From: Patescibacteria group bacterium
GTDB taxonomy: Bacteria > Patescibacteriota > Minisyncoccia > Minisyncoccales > Staskawiczbacteraceae
Direction: 5' to 3'
Assembly: GCA_038065835.1 (NCBI GenBank)
Contig: JBBTQB010000029.1
Location: 1-38,487, forward strand
DNA: 38,487 nucleotides
The translations under genes and the position numbers were made by a program. Below, piece after piece: positions 5,599 through 11,986 of this stretch. The notes below the pieces were generated by a model. The model was given only the letters and a program-made list of their open reading frames with translations, searched no databases and was not told the origin of the DNA. Numbering within the stretch: the first letter of the stretch is position 1; each line of letters begins with the position of its first letter.

Positions 5599-6573
5599 TT
5601 ATCTCACTATCGCATAGTTTGTCACGATGCGCACACGATAATTTCCCATTGATACGTTGTTCCAAGGACTTGGCACGATGTGGAGGAATAATCTGCCTTC
5701 ATCTGTAGGAATGCCATCATAGCGCTCTCCAATGATGAATTTATTTCCCTGTTCTCCAATTCGGCCTAGAAGAACTCCAGCCATGAAAGTTCCTCCTTTG
5801 CCAGCAGTAGTATAGCCCTTTGGGGTAGTCATGTACTGACCAGCTCCCTGCGGCCAAAGGTCTACTTGTCCATTAGCTGTTGCAATCAGTCTCATATTTT
5901 TTCTAATGATGATGCCGGTATCGAGCCAATCGCTCGGATTGACATGTTTTGCAGCGTCAACATTAAACTCCCTTTGGTGTTTGTTGCCTCCGCAAATTGT
6001 TCGGAGGCAAGAGAGCTTGAGACTGAGATCGCCCAGTTGACTAGAGCGCACTTTAAGTAAAGTGCCCTTTAATTGTCCTCGCGCAGTGAACTCCGCTGTT
6101 CTAACAGTATCTTGCTCATCTGCAGAAAGAAGCTCAGGTGGCGCTCTTTTTTTAATGTTCTTGATAATTTGTGTTACGCGTTTTGCGCGCTCAAGATCAT
6201 CCTTGCACTCAACCTTTTTTAAGAGCGGATACACAAAGCATTCAATATCTTCTTCTTGGAGATATTTTGTAGCTTCTTCCCGTTCCTTGTAAACACTACT
6301 GCCAAGGCTAGCGATTGAGCTCTCAATTTTTTCTCTGAGGTTAGGAGGATAGTGAATCCCAAACTCAATTTGGCAGACATCCCCCAGAGGGATTTTGAGC
6401 TCGCCATACTTGGTGGAAAGCGTAAGATCTGCTTCTAAAATAGTAACCTTCAAAAAGTCGCCGCCCCTTAGTTTAACATCAAAGCAAGGAAGCTTCTTTG
6501 GTTGAGAAGTTTCCCCTACAGATGTAGAGGTTGCTAAAAGCAGACAAACCACCATTCCAAACATGTACTTCAT
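5599..6573 (-). CDS. Secreted protein with a C-terminal PA-IL/LecA-like lectin-type domain (tentative)
   Basis: Signal peptide MKYMFGMVVCLLLATSTSVG. The C-terminus ...GQVDLWPQGAGQYMTTPKGYTTAGKGGTFMAGVLLGRIGEQGNKFIIGERYDG...GRLFLHIVPSPWNNVSMGNYRVRI resembles LecA-like domains from memory. AGGAG RBS and its own terminator. GC-richer than the backbone. Confidence 0.6.
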   Translation of the reverse strand: MKYMFGMVVCLLLATSTSVGETSQPKKLPCFDVKLRGGDFLKVTILEADLTLSTKYGELKIPLGDVCQIEFGIHYPPNLREKIESSIASLGSSVYKEREEATKYLQEEDIECFVYPLLKKVECKDDLERAKRVTQIIKNIKKRAPPELLSADEQDTVRTAEFTARGQLKGTLLKVRSSQLGDLSLKLSCLRTICGGNKHQREFNVDAAKHVNPSDWLDTGIIIRKNMRLIATANGQVDLWPQGAGQYMTTPKGYTTAGKGGTFMAGVLLGRIGEQGNKFIIGERYDGIPTDEGRLFLHIVPSPWNNVSMGNYRVRIVTNYAIVR

Positions 6574-6693
6574 TGTAGACTCCTATAAAAAAAGGTGCAG
6601 TAAAAGTGCGAACAAGAAATTTGTCGACTCCTTGATTTATCAATCATACCCATCCTTATTTAATATGCAAGCGAGTGATAAAATAGAATAACT

Positions 6694-6767
6694 GGGCTCA
6701 TAGTAAAATGGTATTACGCACCCTTCGCATGGGTGAAGTCCGGGTTCAACTCCCGGTGAGTCCACCA
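6694..6767 (+). tRNA. tRNA-Ala(CGC), second and divergent copy, CCA encoded
   Basis: Acceptor GGGCTCA/TGAGTCC with G3:U70, anticodon arm CACCC-TTCGCAT-GGGTG, T-arm CCGGG-TTCAACT-CCCGG. Confidence 0.85.
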
Positions 6768-6802
6768 AATAAAAACAGCCCGAATTAGCTGTTTTTATTT
6801 GG
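6768..6802 (+). terminator. Terminator hairpin after tRNA-Ala
   Basis: AAATAAAAACAGC-CCGAATTA-GCTGTTTTTATTT. Confidence 0.6.
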
Positions 6803-6812
6803 TTCGAAAAAT

Positions 6813-6977
6813 TTACATTTTTTCGTGCTCCTCTGGGGTTACCATACAGCAGTCCTTTGCCATTTTACCAGATCCGCAAAAACATAATTCTTCTTTTCCA
6901 AGATGTTCTCCATACTTCATGCCACAACCACAAGAGCAAGGTGCCATTAATTTCTCTTTTTGTTTTTCGTCTACCAT
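6813..6977 (-). CDS. Small SEC-C motif protein (54 aa, below the ORF-track cutoff)
   Basis: The minus-strand translation MVDEKQKEKLMAPCSCGCGMKYGEHLGKEELCFCGSGKMAKDCCMVTPEEHEKM contains C-x-C-G-S-G-K-x(3)-C-C. Confidence 0.55.
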   Translation of the reverse strand: MVDEKQKEKLMAPCSCGCGMKYGEHLGKEELCFCGSGKMAKDCCMVTPEEHEKM

Positions 6978-7055
6978 GTTTTTAAAATTTCAAATAATAT
7001 GTTGACTTTAACTAGCGACCTTTACTGGTGCCGATATTTATTATAGCATATACTA

Positions 7056-8057
7056 ATGATTGAAAATCAAAGCACGATGCCTTCACTCCCACACCAAAGT
7101 TTTGAAAAAACTTCTGATGTGGGGGCAAGAAGAAATTTACCAAGGGATCTTTTTTTGCATCTCTTTTCTATAGTAGCTCTTTATTGGGTTGCAGTTAGTT
7201 TTATTACACTGTGCTGGCAATATATAAATTATTTCTTTCCTGATATTTTATCTATTAGGTACAGCTATCAGTCATATATTTGGCCAATTAGATTTGCAGT
7301 AGCTTCTTTATTTATAACTTTTCCGCTCTTTGTTCTTGCTTCTTGGTACTTAAACAAAATTTACAGAAGAGAAACCATAGTTCGCGAATCAAAAATAAGA
7401 AAATGGCTTATTTACTTAACTCTATTTATTGCGTCTTTAATTATAGTTGGAGACCTAGTAACTGTTATTTTTAACTTTTTAGGTGGAGACATAACCATAA
7501 GATTTATTCTCAAGGCATTGTCTGTACTAGTGGTGGCAGGTGTTGTTTTTGGATATTATTTAGATGACGTTAGACGTCTTAAGCCATCAAAATCGGCAAA
7601 ATATTATGCCTTAGCAACTGCATTAGTAATTTTAATTATGGTTATTGGCGCATTTTTTATAATCGGTTCTCCAGAACAAGCAAGACTAGCTCAACTTGAC
7701 GACCAAAAAGTTGACGATCTGCAAAACATTCAGTACCAGATTGTAAATTATTGGCAGAGGAAAGAACAGCTGCCAAAGACTCTTTCTGAATTAGAAGATC
7801 CAATATCCGGTTATTTTGTACCAAACGACCCGGGAACCAATAAGCCGTATGAGTATATTATAAAAGATTTAAAGAATCTGGCCTTTGAGCTCTGCGCCGA
7901 ATTTAATTTAAGCAGCGAAGTAAACCAAGCTGTTCCAAAATATGCTCCGATGTCTGGTGAAGTTGTACAAAACTGGAATCACCAATCAGGAAGAGTTTGT
8001 TTTGAAAGAAAAATTGACAAGCAGTTGTACCCGCCCCCGGAGAAAACAATCAGATAA
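7056..8057 (+). CDS. Membrane protein, DUF5671-like N-terminal domain
   Basis: 333 aa with 5-6 predicted TM helices starting ...RRNLPRDLFLHLFSIVALYWVAVSFITLCWQYINYFFPD, and a soluble C-terminal domain. The family call is from memory. Confidence 0.6.
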   Translation: MIENQSTMPSLPHQSFEKTSDVGARRNLPRDLFLHLFSIVALYWVAVSFITLCWQYINYFFPDILSIRYSYQSYIWPIRFAVASLFITFPLFVLASWYLNKIYRRETIVRESKIRKWLIYLTLFIASLIIVGDLVTVIFNFLGGDITIRFILKALSVLVVAGVVFGYYLDDVRRLKPSKSAKYYALATALVILIMVIGAFFIIGSPEQARLAQLDDQKVDDLQNIQYQIVNYWQRKEQLPKTLSELEDPISGYFVPNDPGTNKPYEYIIKDLKNLAFELCAEFNLSSEVNQAVPKYAPMSGEVVQNWNHQSGRVCFERKIDKQLYPPPEKTIR

Positions 8058-8438
8058 CCAATAGATCCACTGATTAAAGATTTTCCTATTACAATTTAAA
8101 TATTTCATTACAGAAACCTTTAGTCAGCAGGTCTAATATAAAAAGCGCATTTTAAAAAAAGATAAGCGGGCTGTGGAATTGTGGCTGCTGCAAAACAACA
8201 TCAAGCCAGAACAAAGAGCAAGAAGAGTTTATTCTCTCAACCCAAGAAAGGAGGTAACATACATGAAACTTCTATCAAGGGAGGGAGGTGATCCCTAATC
8301 ACCTTGGCAGGGTGAGTCGTTAATTCACCAAATGGGGGGCGGGGGAGGAAAGCTAATACATGGCTTTCCTCCCCAATCTTTACAATATTTAGTACAAACA
8401 ATAAATGGTTTCGCACATTTGGACCCTGTTGTAAGCTA

Positions 8439-8467
8439 TTGACATATACTTTTGAATATGATATCAC
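8439..8467 (+). promoter_or_regulatory. Promoter TTGACA-N14-TGA-TATCAC, shared block with 27520-27548
   Basis: TATTGACATATACTTTTGAATATGATATCAC here and TATTGACACATTGTAGTGTATATGATATCAC at 27518. Spacing is identical, and both contain the TGATATCA palindrome. Confidence 0.55.
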
Positions 8468-8554
8468 AAAACCCAGTACATTGTATCGGTTTGCCTGGGG
8501 CTCTAGCTGTGTTAGCTCAGAGTGAGAGGTAAACCAACAACGGAGGAATTGGCT

Positions 8555-9319
8555 ATGAAAAGCCAACCTGTCTCTTGGATCGGCGTCTTGATGTCTCTCG
8601 TTCAACTTCTGGTGAAGGAGCTTAAGAAGTTGGGTGGCGGAGACGATGACGTTCGCTGGCTTGTAACTTCAGAGGGAGAGGATCTCTTGAAGGAGTTTGC
8701 CGCAACCATTCGGAAACGGCGAACATGCGCTTCTGGTCCCGCACAACAGCTGGAGGGGTGGAAGCGTTTCTACAAGAAGCACTTCAATCTCACCTTGGAT
8801 TTGTCCCAAGTGAAGATTCCCGATCACCAAGAGGGCTTCGACCGCCTTCTCATCGTGGCCAAGGGTCTGACCCGCAACCAAGCCTACAAGGCTTGCGAGA
8901 AGCAGTTTACCTGCTGGAGCTACCCAGAGGACTTGGACGGTGCCATCAAGCCCGATGAGCGTGACCCCAAAAATGGCACGTACGCCATTTGGGTCCGAGA
9001 TCGTATTGAGGCGGACGAGGAGAACGCGGGCCAGTCCTTCAACCAGCGTCGTAAGCAAAAATGCCAGGACGAAAACGTTTTGGAGCGGATGCTCCATGAA
9101 CTCAAGTACTTTGATGAGACAGGCAAGCACCTGGACATCAAAAACGTGACGCTCACCTCTTCGCTCGTTTCTGACGGCGCTGCGGTTGATGCCCACTGGG
9201 GTGACGGCAGGTTCTTCATCGACTGGTGCTTCCTCGACGATCGCCGTGACCGTCTTCGTTCCCGTTCCGTGGTTTCTGTGTCTGCGGAGCCGAGCGGAAG
9301 CGAGGCGAAGCAGGCATAA
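8555..9319 (+). CDS. GC-rich orphan protein (hypothetical)
   Basis: The track ORF is 8522-9319. ATG 8555 is preceded by GGAGGAATTGGCT. It is clearly GC-richer than its neighbours and has its own promoter and terminator. No family recognised. Confidence 0.6.
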   Translation: MKSQPVSWIGVLMSLVQLLVKELKKLGGGDDDVRWLVTSEGEDLLKEFAATIRKRRTCASGPAQQLEGWKRFYKKHFNLTLDLSQVKIPDHQEGFDRLLIVAKGLTRNQAYKACEKQFTCWSYPEDLDGAIKPDERDPKNGTYAIWVRDRIEADEENAGQSFNQRRKQKCQDENVLERMLHELKYFDETGKHLDIKNVTLTSSLVSDGAAVDAHWGDGRFFIDWCFLDDRRDRLRSRSVVSVSAEPSGSEAKQA

Positions 9320-9370
9320 GAGTTGCTTGTTGAAGCGACGCCGAAGGCGTAAGCTGAAACAAGCAATGAA

Positions 9371-9416
9371 AGCGGCTATTCAAACTTCAAACACTTGAAT
9401 TGCCGCTCTTTTTTTA
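9371..9416 (+). terminator. Rho-independent terminator of the orphan gene
   Basis: AGCGGC...GCCGCT stem followed by CTTTTTTTAT. Confidence 0.6.
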
Positions 9417-9513
9417 TATAATATAAATTCGTAGTTAATCTTTTCTTTATGGATAGAAAAAAATTAGGAGACTTGCCCCCCACTAATTTTGATGGGAAAA
9501 TGGATAAACAAAC

Positions 9514-9945
9514 ATGAGCTGGGAAAATAGTTCAAAATTAGTGGGGGATAAAGGCGAGAAGATTGCCTGTGAATATCTTGTTGAAAAAGGGTATAAAATA
9601 TTGGCTAAAAACTATAGTATAAGTTTTGGAGAAATTGATATTATCGCTAAAAAGAAATGGAGATTTAAGAACTTATTTATAAGAAATCATTCAATAAACT
9701 CCGGGCAAGTTATCCACTTTATAGAAGTGAAAACTATTATTGACGCTGATAGTAGTTTTTTTCCTGAAGAAAGAGTAGATTTTAATAAGCAGAAAAAGTT
9801 AAGGCAAATGGCTGAAATTTGGCTGGAGAAAAACAAATTTTCTCAAAATCAGCCGTATCAAATTGATGTAGTTGGAATTCAAATAAATCAAGATATAAAA
9901 AAGGTAAAAATTAATTATTTCGAGAATGTTGTTGAAGATAAATGA
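9514..9945 (+). CDS. yraN: YraN-family endonuclease (UPF0102)
   Basis: GDKGEKIACEYLVEKGYKILAKNY...GEIDIIA...FIEVKT... matches the UPF0102 signature, with an internal insertion. Confidence 0.75.
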   Translation: MSWENSSKLVGDKGEKIACEYLVEKGYKILAKNYSISFGEIDIIAKKKWRFKNLFIRNHSINSGQVIHFIEVKTIIDADSSFFPEERVDFNKQKKLRQMAEIWLEKNKFSQNQPYQIDVVGIQINQDIKKVKINYFENVVEDK

Positions 9946-10102
9946 TTTTTCTATTGACAAAGTTTATTATTTGAATATAATCAATCGTAGAACTTAAAAC
10001 TTGTCCTTTATTCTTGGACAAGTAGAAAATAGGATGCTTGCACACCCTTTCCGAGAGTGGGGGGCAGTGAATTGATTCGCTGCCTCCCATTTTTAATTTA
10101 AT

Positions 10103-10177
10103 AAAGACTCTAAAGAGTGCAGGATTCGAACTATCATCAATCTGATGATAGTTCGAATCCTGCACTCTAATGTCTTT
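10103..10177. repeat. Complete copy of the 26-nt-arm palindrome (tRNA T-arm-like sequence)
   Basis: AGAGTGCAGGATTCGAACTATCATCA-ATC-TGATGATAGTTCGAATCCTGCACTCT, extended by AAAGAC/GTCTTT. Confidence 0.9.
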
Positions 10178-10402
10178 AATTACAACAGTTGACACCAGCT
10201 TCTGTATCTGCTAATCTTAAAGTAAATTAATTGAATGAATAATTGTCCGTCTGACCACGGACATTTTTAATAAAATTTTTAATTTCTAATTTTTATTAAA
10301 TTTTCAATGGATTAATTTTCAAAAAAATGTCATCGGTGTTTAGAAATTAGTTAATTAGGTATTTAATAGAAATTAGAAATTAAGAATTAGAAATTAACGC
10401 AA

Positions 10403-11641
10403 ATGGATTTAAAAAACTTTCAAAGAGCACTATCTCAAATAGCAGAAACTAGAGGAATTTCCGAGCAAGCTATAATTGAAACGCTAGAGGCGGCCTTAGC
10501 TACTGCATACAAAAAAGATTATGGCCAAAGGGGCCAGAAAATAAAAGCCAAGTTCAATCCCATTTCTGGAGATGTCAAATTTTGGCAGGTTAAGCTAGTT
10601 GTTGATGAATCAATGCTTTACACAGAAGAAGAAATTGAAGAATTAAAAGCTAAGAAAATGTCTCCTGCAGAAGATTTTTCTGCTGCAGGTGGATCTGCCT
10701 CTGGTGTAGGCGGGGTGCAGCAAGAAACTCCTCAAAAAGTGATTTTTAATGATGAAAAGCACATAATGCTTGAAGCTGCAAGAGAAAAAAAACCGGATAT
10801 TAAAGCTGGAGAAGAGCTGGAAATCCCATTGGTTTCAAAACAGGATTACGGTAGAATTGCCGCTCAAACAGCAAAACAAGTTATTTTACAGAAAATAAGG
10901 GAAGCTGAAAAGGATGTTATTGCCGCTGAATACAAATCAAAAGAAGGTGAAATTATTTCGGGTATTGTCCAAAGGCTTGAGGGAAATACAGTTTTAGTTG
11001 ACATTGGCAAAACTTTGGGGATTTTGAATAGAGAAGAACAAATACCAAGAGAATTCTATAGGCAGGGGCAAAGGATGAAGTTTTACATTTTAAAGGTTGA
11101 AGAAACGCCAAGAGGCTCTGTTGTTGTGCTGTCCCGCGCTTATCCAAAGCTGGTATCACGACTTTTTGAACTAGAAGTTCCTGAAATATCTTCGGGCGTA
11201 GTTATCATAAAATCAATTGCCAGGGAACCTGGATACCGAACAAAAATTGCCGTTGCTTCAGAAGAAGAGAAGATTGACCCTATTGGCGCCGTAGTTGGTC
11301 AACGTGGTACCAGGATCATGGCGGTGATTAATGAATTAGGAGGAGAGAAAATTGATGCTATTTTATGGGAAAATGAACCAGATAAATATATTGCCAATTC
11401 CTTATCTCCGGCAAAAGTGTCAGATGTTAAAATTGAAGATAAAAATACCGCGTTGGTTTCTGTAGCCGAAGACCAGCTATCATTAGCTATTGGTAAAGAT
11501 GGTAGGAATGTAAGGTTGGCCTCAAATTTAACAGGCTGGAAAATTGATATTAAACCAGTAGTTGTAAAAGAAAAGAAGGAGGAAGCGCAGGAGGACAACG
11601 AAGAGTCTGAAGAAAAAGAAGGAAAAAGTGAAGAAAAGTAA
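10403..11641 (+). CDS. nusA: Transcription termination/antitermination factor NusA
   Basis: NusA N-terminal domain, S1 and two KH domains (…GEIISGIVQRLEGNTVLVDIG…, …DPIGAVVGQRGTRI…, …LAIGKDGRNVRLASNLTGWKIDI), and an acidic tail. Confidence 0.9.
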   Translation: MDLKNFQRALSQIAETRGISEQAIIETLEAALATAYKKDYGQRGQKIKAKFNPISGDVKFWQVKLVVDESMLYTEEEIEELKAKKMSPAEDFSAAGGSASGVGGVQQETPQKVIFNDEKHIMLEAAREKKPDIKAGEELEIPLVSKQDYGRIAAQTAKQVILQKIREAEKDVIAAEYKSKEGEIISGIVQRLEGNTVLVDIGKTLGILNREEQIPREFYRQGQRMKFYILKVEETPRGSVVVLSRAYPKLVSRLFELEVPEISSGVVIIKSIAREPGYRTKIAVASEEEKIDPIGAVVGQRGTRIMAVINELGGEKIDAILWENEPDKYIANSLSPAKVSDVKIEDKNTALVSVAEDQLSLAIGKDGRNVRLASNLTGWKIDIKPVVVKEKKEEAQEDNEESEEKEGKSEEK

Positions 11642-11745
11642 TTAACTGTTCTAATGTTGTAAATGTTGTAATTGTTGTAATGCAATTATAACAAGTGAGT
11701 CCCGCCATGGGCGGGACGAGCGATGGAACAATTAGAACATTATAA

Positions 11746-11981
11746 TAGACCTGTTGCTTAATATTTAATATAATTGGTTCGCTCGTTCGGAGAGTAAGCA
11801 TTGCGATGCTTATTCTCCTTGCTCCCTGCTAATTATAAGATTCGTAGCGAAATGAAGTAATTTCGAGCGAGAAAAAGGAATTGCGAGGAGGCATATTGAG
11901 ACTAAATCTGGCGACGAGTAATTCCTTTTTCGCAGCCGAAATTACAAATTGCAGTAGAAGTCTCATTAAGCAACAGGTCTA
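11746..11981. mobile_element. ~235-nt multi-hairpin element closed by a 17-bp perfect inverted repeat, ending 6 nt before the hppA ATG
   Basis: TAGACCTGTTGCTTAAT (11746-11762) pairs with ATTAAGCAACAGGTCTA (11965-11981). Internal hairpins include GGAGAGTAAGCAT/ATGCTTATTCTCC and GTAATTTCG..GAAAAAGGAATT / AATTCCTTTTTC..CGAAATTAC. Confidence 0.55.
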
Positions 11982-11986
11982 ATAAT

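Noticed and set aside
8237-9398. ORFs overlapping or antisense to the GC-rich orphan gene, on either strand (8237-8605, 8669-9196, 8725-8958, 8920-9366, 8940-9149, 9186-9398)
   Set aside because: Long stop-free frames on both strands are expected in GC-rich DNA. Only 8555-9319 has an RBS, promoter and terminator in the right places.
10675-10725. A family-A element in nusA (encoding SAAGGSASGVGGV)
   Set aside because: Only the right terminus (GTAGGCGGGG) resembles the family. The left end does not match, so it is not listed as a feature and is mentioned only as a possible degenerate relative.
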